Below are positions 48,604 to 61,039 of a stretch of 64,000 nt of DNA, piece after piece. How positions within the stretch are numbered: position 1 is the first letter of the stretch; each line of letters opens with the position of its first letter. The notes under the pieces are model-generated. The model had not been told where the DNA came from. It ran no database searches and saw only the letters and a list, made by a program, of their open reading frames with translations. A program made the position numbers and the translations under genes. The stretch is from Malacoraja senta (lineage: Eukaryota), in assembly GCA_038087875.1 (NCBI GenBank), contig CM075979.1:41850001-41914000 (forward strand). The letters are read 5' to 3'.

Positions 48604-48784
48604 TTAGCTACAGAAATCTTCCTTTTGCCGTCGGGCAGCCCTCTCATCTGCCCGCAGTATGTTTTCATCAATGAATGAAAACAGCTCACTGGGTGTAACA
48701 GGTTGAATATAACGTTCCCTGTCAGTGCCATATTTGTCAATCAGGACAACATCAAAATGCCTATCGGATAAATAATAGACTTGT
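48604..48784 (-). CDS. SRPX2: SRPX2 (sushi repeat-containing protein X-linked 2) last coding exon
   Basis: TTTTGCAG|A. Encodes QVYYLSDRHFDVVLIDKYGTDRERYIQPVTPSELFSFIDENILRADERAARRQKEDFCS*. From memory this is closer to human SRPX2 ([27 protein letters not shown]) than to SRPX. Confidence 0.88.
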
Positions 48785-49136
48785 CTGCAAAAGGAACAGA
48801 AAAGAAGCATGTTAATAGGCTGAAAACATCTTTCAGAATTTATTAATGCAGAATTTACTTATGGTGCTTCTTGCAAAAAGATAGCAGATAATTTGAAAAT
48901 TAACACATTTCTAATAGAGAGTAGATTTTCCTCATTTGTATGTATTATACTTTACAAAATTAGGGAAATGCCTTACATTTAACAGTTGCTATGGTAAAGG
49001 TAGGTACACCTGCATATTAAGCCCAGACATCCTCATTTGTTTAGAAGTGGTGATTGAAACTTGGAATCTTCAGTCTGTGGACAAGATCTAAGCTGGCCAT
49101 CATTCATAGTCCAAGTAATGGCAGTGTCTGTCATAC

Positions 49137-49258
49137 CTGAGTTCATCAGCCATTTCTGTAGAAAGCTGCTGCTCCTTTATGCGTCCTACTAGTTTTGGTG
49201 GATTTCCAATCAATTCGATTACTGTTATTTGCCACTGTTCAAATCCACAGGAAGCCTC
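49137..49258 (-). CDS. SRPX2: SRPX2 exon (C-terminal thioredoxin-like/DUF4174 domain)
   Basis: ATCAG|GAG...CAG|GTATGA. Encodes EASCGFEQWQITVIELIGNPPKLVGRIKEQQLSTEMADELR. Phase 0-2. Confidence 0.88.
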
Positions 49259-51742
49259 CTGATTGAGAACAGGAACAACATGCTCAGTTAGAGAGACTAA
49301 TTAATAACATTATTTTACATAAAAACACTCACCTCTTCTGTTAATTCAACAATGAATCCCCAGTCTCTGTGTATGTAACATTTCATCAGTAGACACCATC
49401 TCTGGCAGTTACCTAGTATAGCAAATATTACCTTATTGTGATTATATAAAATATAAGCTTTAAACTGCTTTGAGATGTCTGTTGTATTTATAAATGCAAG
49501 GCATGACAGTCTGTAAAATTATACCTGTATATTCTCCATAAGCAATCACTTGAGATTGAGGATGAGTTGCATTCATTCCATTTCTGAGTTCTGAGGTGAC
49601 TGTTGAGGGAAATATTTGACTCACATACATTATCACAGGTGAGGCAGGAGGTGCTTGACAGGGCAGGTTGATTGATGCAGTTGGTTGATGGATAGTTAAT
49701 GAGGTGATGCTGTCCTGCTGTTTCTGCCGGGCTCCTGCGTGCCTCCAATAAATGGACTGGAGGTTCTCAATGAAATCCCACATACATCGCCTTTATTTTG
49801 AGGAGTCGTAAATGAGGGATTCCCCATGGGTTGGTGGTAATGATACACTTTTTTCAAGGGAGTTTTGAGAACATCCTTGATTCTTTTCCCTTGAAATGAT
49901 GGAACAGGGAATAGAATGTCTGTTCACAAGTCCAGTATTGGAGTGAATCGGCACATTGAGGCCAACTGATTGTTCACAGGAACGTAGCGGTGAGGATGTA
50001 TGTTTGCTTATCCTGTGAATGTATTTGGAGAATTTTGCAGAAACTACAAGTTTCTCTGGGGCTTTTAGGTGCTTGCTCTAAGCAGTTTAAGGAACCACTT
50101 TTTGGTAAAGACAAGTATTAATGATGAAATTGGCCATCACTTTCAACGTGGCAGCACAGCATTTAAGCAGAGTGAGTGTTTGAAAATCAAAATCTCTGGT
50201 CTGGCACAAAACTCACTGGAAACACTGTATGTCCATTTCCCTCCACAGTTGTTGCCTAACCCACTGAGACCTGCCTTCAGCACTTTGTTTTTTGTTCAAG
50301 ATTGCCACATCTGCAGTCTCTTGTGACTCCATTGCTCAATAGCCATGTGCCACTGTTGCTCCTATTTTACCAGCTAAAAATCATCTACTTGCTGTAAATT
50401 TGGGAAGTTGCTAAATCCTGTTCTTGAAACAATTTTTCTGAGGTTCCAGGCAGTATAGAACCATGTGGAACTCCAAGGAGACGCTGATAATTGGTTCCAC
50501 CAGACCTTTACCATACCTCTCATGTTTAATCTTTCTAACATATTACTGCCTTCCATCTACCCTCTCATTACACAACATTTTCTCACACCATAAGTACAAA
50601 GACCTTTACTGGAAATCTGAAATATTAAAAAAAATGCTGGAAACACTCAGCAGGTCTGGTGGTTTCTGGAGAAAGAGGAACTGAGATAACATTTCAGTTC
50701 TGAGATATTTTGTCAGAACTGGGCACAAAACTCAATTATAATTTACAGTAAGAGTGGGGAAATAATGGCAAGACTAAAGGATACCTGGTAAGATCCTAAG
50801 ATGGTCATAAATGACACACAGGTCCCTATGAAAATAGCGTCTTCTAGCCTTTTTCCATGGAGTCTCCAGTTCTGTCCAAGCTGCTTCTGAGCCCTGGTCT
50901 GGAGCTCCAACTTACACATCACACCCAATATACTACATATGAATGAGGTAAGCAGGTTTGAGTGCAGAAATTTCAGTTGATCTTATCTAAAGTCTATGAC
51001 TCTATGTGGTCAATGTAAGCTGGTTTTAGAACTGTGGTCATCATAGCATGATCTGCAACAGATGGCAGAAAGTTGAGCAAAATCTACGAGTGCATAGAAA
51101 TCAAAACAATGACAATCTGGTCTCTGTTGTGACTGATATAACAATTGATCTGAAGTGGATCATTATGACTTAATTACTCCCAGTAAGACTCAAAATGTAC
51201 AAGGAATTATAATATCATTTATGCACCCCTTGCAAGTCATTTACACAAGCATAAAACTTAATAGGAAGTACCCAACCTAGCAAATTGAGTTGTTCAATTT
51301 AGACAGAAAACCCAGTGGGAAACAAACAGCACAGTGCTACAGAATTTCAAGTCAGTAATGTTTAACTTTACAAACAATATTTTGCTGCATGTTTGTTTGA
51401 AAGCCTCAGATTAGACCTTTCATTTATTTGATACTTTTCTCCAATTTCACAAAGTATGGAAGAAAGGAACAGGGCAGAGCAAATATTTGACCAGAACCAC
51501 TGACTTCCTTACAATCACAAGTTTTTCAAAATGCATTTCGTAATCCTGAAAAATTATTTGGCAAATGGGTGGCTTGAGAAGACACAACAAAGCATATCAC
51601 TCACAGATAACCCATTTTGAATTCCAAATAGACACACATTTGTGTAAGTGCAATTTACAATTATTATTAGGGATTCGTTCCATGTAAAGAACAGCCAGAA
51701 ATCTCAGAGGCAATGTTGACTTTCAGATATCCATTTACTGAC

Positions 51743-51876
51743 CTGAAGATAGGTCATCTGCATCCTGTAGTATCTATCAGATGGGCTTGGGGAGGAAATG
51801 ATGAGGAGACGCTGCATTTCATAAAACTGATCCAAGAGAGCAGCCACTGAATTCACATCAACGTTAATCTGAATTC
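51743..51876 (-). CDS. SRPX2: SRPX2 exon
   Basis: TTGCAG|GA...CAG|GTCAGT. Encodes [35 protein letters not shown]. Phase 1-0. Confidence 0.9.
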
Positions 51877-52863
51877 CTGCAATTATATTAAGGAAGCAAT
51901 ATGTTGCCATCAGACTTCATTCATTGCATGTTTCATCGTTTTCCAGGAGGCACGCTAAATAAACTGTAAGGGGAGAGAGTGTGCAAGGCTGTCTTTTTCT
52001 AATGTTGGTTACACATTATCAATGCTCTGGTAATATTTGTGCTGAATATCCTTGGTTTATGTAGCTGGAAAGGTTTAGCATTGGTACAATTGAAACACAT
52101 TTCTGCCTTTGTCATTAAAAATCACAACATTTTCCACCCTTGACGACTACAAACCTGCCTCTGCACTCTTGTTATTCCAGTTAAAACTTTCACTGAATTG
52201 ATCAATGGCAAGATAAACCAAATCATACCCATATTTAGAAGTAAAATCTCAATTCAAGTGCTCCTGGGGAAGTCCTGGGAGATAGGAGCTGACATGAAAA
52301 TGGCAAGAAAAATACTGACTTAGAGAACTTGACCAAGGTGAAGCGAATCTATAAAGCACGACAGGAACATTACATTACAAGGAAGCCTGGCAGAACATAG
52401 TCGAAGATTGGCAAGGGGGGAGTCATCAGGAGTCCAAAGCCTTCCGCAGTAGCAGAGAGACATTGTGATTGGACAGTTATTTTTACCACTACAGCACCAG
52501 GCTGAGATTTGCTCTGGCAATCATTTTAAATCTGCTCACTGGCTTCCTTCTCAACTGCATGTTGAACAGGAGACAAATCCTTTTGAAATGAGATTGCAGA
52601 AAACATGTTTTGTTCGGGAAGCAGGATTGCAGTAGAAAGAAAGTCACTTTGTGGGAAACTTTCAGCTGTCATTCATCAGAAAAATGGAAGATCAACAGAG
52701 AACAATCCAGTGGTGCCCATGTGCGCACAGTTCAATATCTAGGTGGCTTTGAAACAAGTCATTTGCACTTCTGGCCAAATTCAATGATGCCGAGAGCATC
52801 TGGCCCTGTCCTCAGCAGCGCCATCTGCTGGATACCTTCAGAAGGCTTTGAATTGCTCTTCAG

Positions 52864-53180
52864 GTTTAGTTTAATTTAATTTAGAGACAGAACATGGAAA
52901 CATTCTGTTCGAGTCCATGCTGACCATCGATAGCCCGTTCTATGTTATCCCATCTTCTCATTTACTCCTTAAACACCAGGGTTAATCTTACAGAGGCCAA
53001 TTAACCTATAAACCTGCACGTCTTTGGGATGTGGGAGAAAACCAGAACATCTGCAGGAAACCCACCTGGTCATGGGGAGAATGTGCAAACTTCACATAGA
53101 CAGCATCTGAGGTCAGGATTGAACCCGGGTCTCTGGTGCTGTGAGGCAGCCCCTTTACCAGCTGCGTCACTGTGCCACCT
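52864..53180 (-). mobile_element. V-SINE (HE1-like) spanning the right duplication breakpoint
   Basis: TTTAGTTTAATTTAATTTAGAGACAG tail, V-domain and GAGGTCAGGATTGAACCCGGGTCTCTGG head. The copy at 42449-42650 is truncated at the junction. Confidence 0.8.
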
Positions 53181-54636
53181 TGGTTCAGTTAGCATTCATG
53201 AGATCATCTGAAGAAGGGTCTCGACCCAAAACACCATCTGTCCTTTTACCTCCACAGATGCTGCCTGACCTGCTGAATTCCTCAAGCACTTGTTTTTTGC
53301 TCAAGATTCCTGCATCTGCGGTCACTTGTATCTCATTCTTGAGATTATTATTAAATGCTTTTTTTCCCTAATGCCTTCATGCCAAACTACCTCCTCTCAA
53401 CCAATCATCTCATCATCTAGCTTCTTTGTGTGGCATGCAACATCTAATTGACTTCAGGTTTTGCAGAACATTATCTAAAGGATTTCAAAAGTGCAAAGTT
53501 CAGTTGTAGCCTGGGGTCAGTTTTGTGTGTGCTATTTGGGTATATACTAAAGGGGAATGTGTTTACAGAGTGCACAAATCTGGCAGAAATTATCTTTCAT
53601 ATTGTATTTTAACCTATGTTTTGACAAGTAAACAGCCAGAATTATAAACTATGATTCCACATGGGTGTCAACAATCCATCTGCTCTGCATTATTTTGTAG
53701 ATATTTTATTATGGCCATTGATAACATATAATATATATGATAATATAATCTGAGTAAAATCAAGAATAATATATATCGATAGGACTCCTTAACTGGTCAA
53801 AATGTTTTAAATATCCCAACGTTCACGGAATTATATATTTGAAATGCAATGAATCATAAGCTGGGATCTTTCTGATAAATGTCTATATTTCAAGCAGAGC
53901 CACTGGATTCACATGTTTAAATGGAATGGGTCAGGGACTTCAATGCACATATTATCAAGATCAAACCTGTAAATTCACTTTGCAGCTTGACTCCCCATGG
54001 ATTCTGGTCATGGAAGTCCACCCTGTTAAGATTCCTGTACACTAAATCCGGTGATAGGAGTATGGGGCTACAGACACATTACTTTATTTTATTAAACCAA
54101 TTCAGTTTAGTTTAATCTTTCTAAATTATTTAATTTTAATTCTTATTTTAATTCTTATTTTAATTCCAAAAATATCTATATATTGTAGGCATTGAAAATA
54201 ATTATTAAAATCCCCTCTACTTTGACAACCATCAAAGCTGGAAGTGGGACTTTTTTTTTTAAGGTCCTACCACTGTCCAGGTTTTGTTGCCAGAATTTAG
54301 GATGTTTTGGATCAGTAAACAGGTCCTTAAGATCCAAGTTAGTATGGGTGTGGAAAAATTATAGGTGCTTATTCCAAGTCAGGAAGATTTAGGCATCAAA
54401 TTGTGCTACATATTTATAGATGTTCCATCTAGTTCAGTTTAGTTTAATATTGTAAGAAATACTGAGATACAGTGAAACGTTTTTTCGTTGCAGACTATCC
54501 AGTCAGTGAAATGACAATACATGATAACAATCAAGCCGTCCATAATGTACAGATACAGGATAAAAAGAATAGTATAGTGCAAGATAACATCCAGTAAAGT
54601 CCGATTAAAGATAGAAATCAATGTACCCCCCACAAC

Positions 54637-54709
54637 TGCTGAAACCCGGGATTGAACCAGGGACCTTTAGATCTTCAGTCTAACGCTCTCCCAACTGAGC
54701 TATTTCGGC
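54637..54709 (-). tRNA. tRNA-Phe-GAA: tRNA-Phe (GAA), with one acceptor-stem mismatch
   Basis: GCCGAAATAGCTCAGTTGGGAGAGCGTTAGACTGAAGATCTAAAGGTCCCTGGTTCAATCCCGGGTTTCAGCA, 73 nt. Near-identical to the vertebrate consensus except for C3:A70 and A57. Confidence 0.88.
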
Positions 54710-55297
54710 AGATGAAATAATAAATACAATTTTGTATTTATTCATTTGTAAATGTAAATAAAATATTTTTGAACATAATACCCCAAAACAGACTTCAGGT
54801 AAACATTAGGTTCAATCTAAAAAAGAAAATAAAAGTAATTACTGCAGGATTACTGTGTTGGTGCACTTATTTTGAAACAGATCACGTATGAGATTCTTTC
54901 TTCATGAAGTCAACCGAAAATCGTTCCTACACGATTACTCTTGAGAGTAGCAATAAATGTCTTCTATTGTAGTTGAAATGGTGGCAAGTGGCTTGTTAAA
55001 TTAGAACTGGTTGATTCAGAATTTGTGTGTGTCTTACCTTATGTATCTGCTATTATAATAAACAATGAACTTAAGTATAAGGAGTGCAGATACATGTTTT
55101 GACTCAAGCTAGCATTTGCTGTTGTGTAAAAGTGAATGTAAATTACCTAAACTATATGTGTGAGAAATATTGTTACATTTTAACTTTATTTCCATTTACA
55201 ATTCAGGGAGCTGCAGTTCTGTTATGGAGTTTAATGTTTATTTTCTGTGGATGAATGTAAAGTGGCACATTCCCAATATCTTATTAAATCCACTTAC

Positions 55298-55477
55298 GTA
55301 CACAAGATGGTGGCATTCCTGACCAGCTTCGATTAAAGAGACAAACTCTTTTGAAGATACCCAGACGTTCGTAGCCTCCTTCACACGTGTAAGTGCAGGT
55401 TGCACCATAGTTATTGCCATCAGATGTACAAGTGATGTAACCATTGGCAGGGGGGTTCAAAAGAGGGCATCTTCGAA
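55298..55477 (-). CDS. SRPX2: SRPX2 exon encoding the third sushi/CCP domain
   Basis: GACAG|TT...C|GTAAGT. Encodes [59 protein letters not shown], a 6-Cys sushi. Phase 1-1. Confidence 0.92.
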
Positions 55478-55607
55478 CTGTCAGAGAAATAGATAAATAC
55501 TCAAACTAGAGAGAGTTAACAACATGCACATATAAAATAGACAATTAACAGAACTAAACAGGATGTTATACTGAAATATAGGATTAGAACAGTCTCGACG
55601 GTTAACA

Positions 55608-56744
55608 AATTTGATAAGGTCCCAAATAAGAGATTAGTGAGCAACGTTCGAGCACATGGTATTGGGGGTAGGGTGCTGACATGGATAGAAAATTGGTTGG
55701 CAGACAGGAAATAAAGGGTAGGAATTAATGGGTCCCTTTCAGAATGGCAGGCAGTGACTAGTGGGGTACCGCAAGGCTCGGTGCTGGGACCGCAGCTATT
55801 TACAATATATATTAATGATTTGGATGAAGGGATTACATTAGCACATTTGCAGATTACACAAAGCTGGGTGGCAGTGTGAACTGTGAGGAGGATGCTATGA
55901 GAATGCAGGGAGACTTGGACAGGTTGGGTGAGTGGGCAGATGCAGTTTAATGTGGATAAATGTGAGGTTATCCACTTTGGTGGCAAAAACAGGAAGGCAA
56001 TTATCTAAATGGTGCCGTTGGGAAAAGGGGAAGTACAACGGGATCTGAGGGTCCTTGTTCATCAGTCACTGAAAGTAAGCATGCAGGTACAGCAGGCAGT
56101 GAAGAAAGCGAATGGCATGTTGGCCATAACAAGAGGAGGTGAGTATAGGAGCAAAGAAGTCCTCCTGCAGTTGTACAAGGCCTTAGTGAGACCACAATTG
56201 GAGTATTGTATGCAGTTTTGGTCTCCAAACTTGCGGAAGGACATTCTTGCTATTGAGGGAGTGCAGCGTAGGTTCACTAGGTTAATTCCCGGGATGGCGG
56301 GACTATCATATGTTGATAGATTGGAGCGGCTGGGCTTGTATGCTCTGGAATTTAGAAGGATGAGAGGGCATCTTATTGAAACATATAAGATTATTAAGGG
56401 TTTGGACACGCTAGAGGCAGGAAACATGTTCCCAATGTTGGGGGAGTCCAGACCCAGGAGCCATAGTTTAAGAATAAGTGGTAAGCCATTTAGAACAGAG
56501 ATGAGAAAAAACTTTTCACGTTGTGAGTGTGTGGAATTCTCTGCCTCAGAGGGCAGTGGAGGCTGGTTCTCTGGATGCTTCAAAGAGAGAGTTAGATAGG
56601 GCTCTTAAGAATAGCGAAGTTAAGGGATATGGAGAGAACGCAGGAACGGGGTACTGATTGTGGATGATCAGCCATGATCACATTGAATGGCGGTGCTGGC
56701 TCGAAGGGCCGAATGGCCTGCTCCTGTACCTATTGTCTATTGTC
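55608..56744 (+). mobile_element. CR1 LINE 3' portion (RT domain with frameshifts)
   Basis: Encodes FDKVP..., [21 protein letters not shown] and LVRPQLEYCMQFWSP. Ends in a CTATTGTCTATTGTC tail. Confidence 0.93.
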
Positions 56745-57306
56745 ATAAATAGCATAACTGACTCTATATCATACATATCTAAAACCCTGCTCATCGGCAG
56801 ATGTCCCAAATAATTACCACATTCTGTTGAACAGTCAAGTACAAAGGTCTTGTTTATATGAGTCAGAGTTAATGTCCCTTTGTTATATACTTTAGAATCA
56901 CCTCAAATACTTTACTAAAATATAATTAGCTCAGGACGATTTCTCACAACTCCAATTTCTGCACAATAAACACAACCAACATTATTTATTATATGATAGC
57001 AATGATTATTGATGGTCTTATTAATAAATATTTCTATTTATCATATTTCTGTCTGTTATTTTAGCAGAAACATTGATCAGTTCCTTTTAAACGTATCGGA
57101 CATTTATCCAATTAAATCAGTTATTCTGACCCCATTAGTTAAATAGCTATTCCAATAAATAAAATACCATACGTTTTCTTATATTTTGGTGGTAGCAATA
57201 AGGAGATCACATAATATTTTGAAAATATGAATTGAATTAGATAGAGAATTCTATGGATATGTGAGGAATAATTGATCAATCAATAACATTTACAACACTA
57301 GTAAAT

Positions 57307-57620
57307 GGTGGTCACGATGGCGCAGCGATAGAGTTGCTGCCTGACTGCGCTTGCAGCGCCGGAGACCTGGGTTCGATCCCAACTACAGGTGCTGTCTGTA
57401 CGGACTTTGTACGTTCTCCCCATGACCTGCATGGGTTTTCTCCGAGATCTTCGGTTTCCTCCCACACTCCAAAGACGTACAGGTATGTAGGTTAATTGGT
57501 TTGGTAAATGTAAACATTGTCCCCAGTGGGTGTAGGATAGTGTTAATGTGCGGGGATCGCTGGTCGGTGTGGACCCTGTGGGCCGAAGGGCCTGTTTCCG
57601 CGCTGCATCTCTAAACTAAG
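57307..57620 (+). mobile_element. Near full-length V-SINE (HE1-like)
   Basis: tRNA-like A box (TGGCGCAGCGATA) and B box (GGTTCGATCCC), V-domain (GTTCTCCCCATGACCTGCATGGGTTTTCTCC..TTCCTCCCACACTCCAAAGAC) and a CR1-like 3' end (GGGCCGAAGGGCCTGTTTCC..CTAAACTAA). Confidence 0.9.
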
Positions 57621-57941
57621 TAAATACACTATAAAAGCAAACCTACCAACAATGGAATGGAATTGAAAAGTAAATTAGTTATGTTCGACTTGCTTGGTAC
57701 CTTGGTTGAACCGCACAAGGAGGAACATGAATTATTCTGGTCTACAGGGGAAGAAATATTTTATGGCATTGCCCATGATATGCAGTTTATTAATTTAATG
57801 AATTGTTTTGTTTATTACCATATGTATCATCTGTGTGTATTGTATTTACTGGCTTGTTATGCTGTTGCAAGTAAGAATTTAACTGTTCTGGTGTTGGTAC
57901 ATATGACAATTATACACTCTTTTGACTCTTAACTAACCTAC

Positions 57942-58063
57942 CAAAAACTGTCACAGTGAATTTGCAAGTGGCTTTGTTCCTTTCTCTGTCATAGGCCACA
58001 TAACGAATGACGTGTTCACCCTTTCCAAACTCAGACCCTGAGGTTGGTCCCTTCAGAATTAAT
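57942..58063 (-). CDS. SRPX2: SRPX2 exon, HYR domain second half
   Basis: TTTCCAG|A...G|GTAGGT. Encodes LILKGPTSGSEFGKGEHVIRYVAYDRERNKATCKFTVTVF. Phase 2-1. Confidence 0.92.
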
Positions 58064-58228
58064 CTGGAAAAGGATGAAAGTTTATTATCTCTCAACCAGT
58101 TCACAAAAATTGAGACATCCTTCCTGAAATCTTTATTGAACTGTTGTGTTTTAAGCTTCTATCTGTTGGCAGCATCAAAACCCAAGCTGTGATTCAAAGT
58201 TTCATTTTCTTGCAAACCTGCAGGCTTA

Positions 58229-58758
58229 AGCCCCTGTCCCACTTAGGAAACCTGAACGGAAACCTCTGGAGACCTTGCGCCCCCACCCAAGGTTTCCGTG
58301 AGGTTCCCGGAGGTTTTGGTCACTCTCCCTAATGGTGGAAAGTGGTTTCCGCGTAGTCGAGGCTTCTTCTATGTTCCTGCGATTATTTCAAAAAAACCAA
58401 AACCGGCCTCGACTAAAAATAGGTTGCCGTTTGGTCGAAGCCAGTGGAGTGGGGTTGCTATTTACTTACAGGCAGTCGAAGGCAATCTCCTTCGCTGACC
58501 GGCCATTTTGATTGGCTCATTGGAGTTTTCAGCAAAGGGGATCTTTGGTTTTCAGGACCTAGAAGTTCCGCCGGAAGGTAAAATGCCCGCTAACTTTATT
58601 AAACTTCTTAAAACAGTCTCCACTCGTTCTTCCCCCCCTTCTCTCTCCCTCCCGCGCTCTCTAAAGGACTTACCGTGCTCTGTGGCAGCCGTTTAACTTC
58701 CTCTTCATCGCGCAGACAGCGCTCCTCCGCTGTCCCTCACCTTTGCGATATATATATG

Positions 58759-58794
<36 letters not shown>

Positions 58795-58894
58795 CAGGCA
58801 AGTGACCAAAACCTCTGGCGACTCATGGAAACCTTGGGTGGGGCGCAAGGTCACCAGAGGTTTCCGTTCAGGTTTCCTAAGTGGGACAGGGGCA
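58229..58894. mobile_element. Non-autonomous PIF/Harbinger-like element (MITE) with ~70-bp TIRs
   Basis: GCCCCTGTCCCACTTAGGAAACCTGAACGGAAACCTCTGG... is mirrored by ...CCAGAGGTTTCCGTTCAGGTTTCCTAAGTGGGACAGGGGC. Flanks are TTA/TAA. Internal (TCTG)n at ~58758-58793. Confidence 0.85.
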
Positions 58895-59057
58895 TAACTC
58901 CCAGAAATCCATGTATATCAAGGATTCTCTTCAGCAGCCACTTCTATGGAAACAAAAGAACTTAAATGCTGCAATTACTACCTGTCAGGTAGTAATTGAA
59001 TGGGAATACAGGTATTAATATCCATTGTATTACCAAGAAATAGGATTCCTATACAGT

Positions 59058-59250
59058 TGGGGCAATTTACAGAGGTCCATTAACCTACAACCCCACACAT
59101 CTTTTGGGGTGTGGAGGAAACTGGAGCACATGGGGGAACCCCACATTGTTACAGAAAGAACGTGCAAATTTCACACAAACAGGTCAGGATTGAACCTGCA
59201 TCTCTGGTGCTGTGAGACAGCAGGTCTACCAGCTGTGCCACTGTACCACC
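59058..59250 (-). mobile_element. V-SINE fragment
   Basis: GGGGCAATTTACAGAGG..TAACCTACAA..TGTGGAGGAAACTGGAGCAC..AGGTCAGGATTGAACC. Confidence 0.7.
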
Positions 59251-60209
59251 TTATTGTTGGTCCCATTCTGATTTGTATCATATCACAAACCATGTTTAAT
59301 TTCCACTGAGATCACTTGGGAGTATTGGCAAATATCCATCTGCAAATACCACTTTTTATATCTGGATAAACTTTTTCCAAAGTCAACAAACATGTGAAAT
59401 CATTGGATAGTGTAGAGGAAAGGGCAAAATGGGGAATAATCCAAAGGACAGGATTGAGAAACAGGAAAGTATGAATGGGAATACAGAAAAACTATGATTA
59501 TCAATATGTGTTAAATAATAAAATATGAGTGGGTCACAATATTTGATTTTAATATGTGTTGCAAACACAGAATTTTGAGGGGAACTAATTAATTTTGTGT
59601 GATCATTTGCATGTTAATAATGCTCAAATAACTAATCGCCTACAGACAAATATTGGGCCAGACCTTAATGCCAGCAACAAGCTGATCATGCTTGCTCCAG
59701 CATACCAACCTATTGAACTATTAACGCTTCAGATTCACCATTATAGACTTTGCACTCTGAGCCAAACTGAGTGAAAGTGCAAAGTTGTGCAGTGACATAT
59801 CTGTAGCATCTTGGACCCAGAAAAATCTCCACTCGTGAATAAACTGAACAAAAAACTTTGAAAGCTGGTTATGCCAGGCTCAGCCAGGTGTTAAAATTAT
59901 CAAGGACAAAACTTTTGATTATCCTTTATATGGAATTATCAGGATAAGTAAACAATCAAAATGTTAAAATTATTGAAAACAATCCACATATTTAATCACT
60001 TAAAATACTAAATTAAAAATATCCAAGCAAACTCAATTAATTCAAAACATCTAAATAAACTTTCTCTCTCTTAGCCACTCCTTAAACAAATGGGCTTGCT
60101 GTGCCAGCACTAAGTTTAACCTGCCATAGATTCAGCAGGCAGATGCACCCTTGCAACTGCTAGGGAACTCGAATGACTTCATGTTCCCTTTGGAAACGAA
60201 CATTGGAGA

Positions 60210-60359
60210 ACAGCTGGCTAATTCCAGGGATGTAAATACTGCAATTCCAGCATTTCCCCAGCAACCATGAGGAAATGCTGGAATGTCTGTGCCAAACAGG
60301 TTCTGGGGAAATGCTGGAATTGCAGTACTGTATTGACATCCCTGCAATTATTCAGCTGT
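60210..60359. repeat. ~150-bp imperfect inverted repeat (hairpin or MITE-like)
   Basis: Perfect 25-bp arms TACTGCAATTCCAGCATTTCCCCAG / CTGGGGAAATGCTGGAATTGCAGTA, extended by CAGGGATGT/ACATCCCTG and CAGCTG..TAATT/AATTA..CAGCTG. Confidence 0.85.
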
Positions 60360-61039
60360 GCTCTAATGTTGGAATCCAAAGGGAATGTGGTCATTCAAGT
60401 TCCCTTGCAGTCTGGCACAGACTTTCTCCCAGGGGCTGACCTCCAGAAGTCCTCAGCTTATGATACAGATCCATTCCCGAGAACCATTTGTAACCGAAAC
60501 TGTTCATGAGTTGGAAACGAACAAAAACAATGTGTGGAAGAGGTTCTCAGAAACAGCACTGACAGTAGAGAAGACTGGTGCAGGAAGAATGGCCGCACCT
60601 CCGTGAGTGAGTGAGTGAGTGAGCGAGCTCAGTAATCCCACCTGTTTAGCTCCACCTACCCCCAATTGTTGCAGCTTAGGTGGATTGGGAGAAGAAAGTG
60701 GATATGTTCCATTCCCACTCAGCAGATGATTCCTGCAAGCCCACAGCAGCCTGAAAATGTAACCCCATCCATTCTGCTGGTCTTTCAAATGCTTTTACAT
60801 ACAGGGTGTCCATACATCAGATGTTCGTAACCCAGGAAGGACCTGTACCAAGTGGAAACAAGGAACTGCAGTTGCTGATTTATAAAAATAGGCAAAATGC
60901 TGGAGTAACTCAACTGGTCGGGAAGCATTATGGAAAGGTGACATTTCAGGTTGGGACCCTTCTTAAGACTTGTTGTGGGATGTGGGGGATAAGAAAACTG
61001 TAGGAGAGGAGGGACAGGACACAACCTGACAGGTAAACC

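Larger units (their letters stand above)
42651..53065. repeat. Tandem segmental duplication, copy 2 (10,415 bp)
   Basis: Junction GGAAACCCAC|CTGTAGTATT at 42650/42651. After 53065 the sequence continues CTGGTCATGG into the rest of a V-SINE. Confidence 0.97.

Noticed and set aside
54637-54709. Functional link between the tRNA gene and the YrdC-domain gene
   Set aside because: t6A is made on ANN-decoding tRNAs. tRNA-Phe(GAA) has G37 and is not a substrate, and it lies more than 22 kb away in another gene's intron.
57307-57385. tRNA-like A/B boxes in SINE heads (also ~13390, ~18780, ~31170) as tRNA genes
   Set aside because: They do not form cloverleafs and continue directly into V-SINE bodies.
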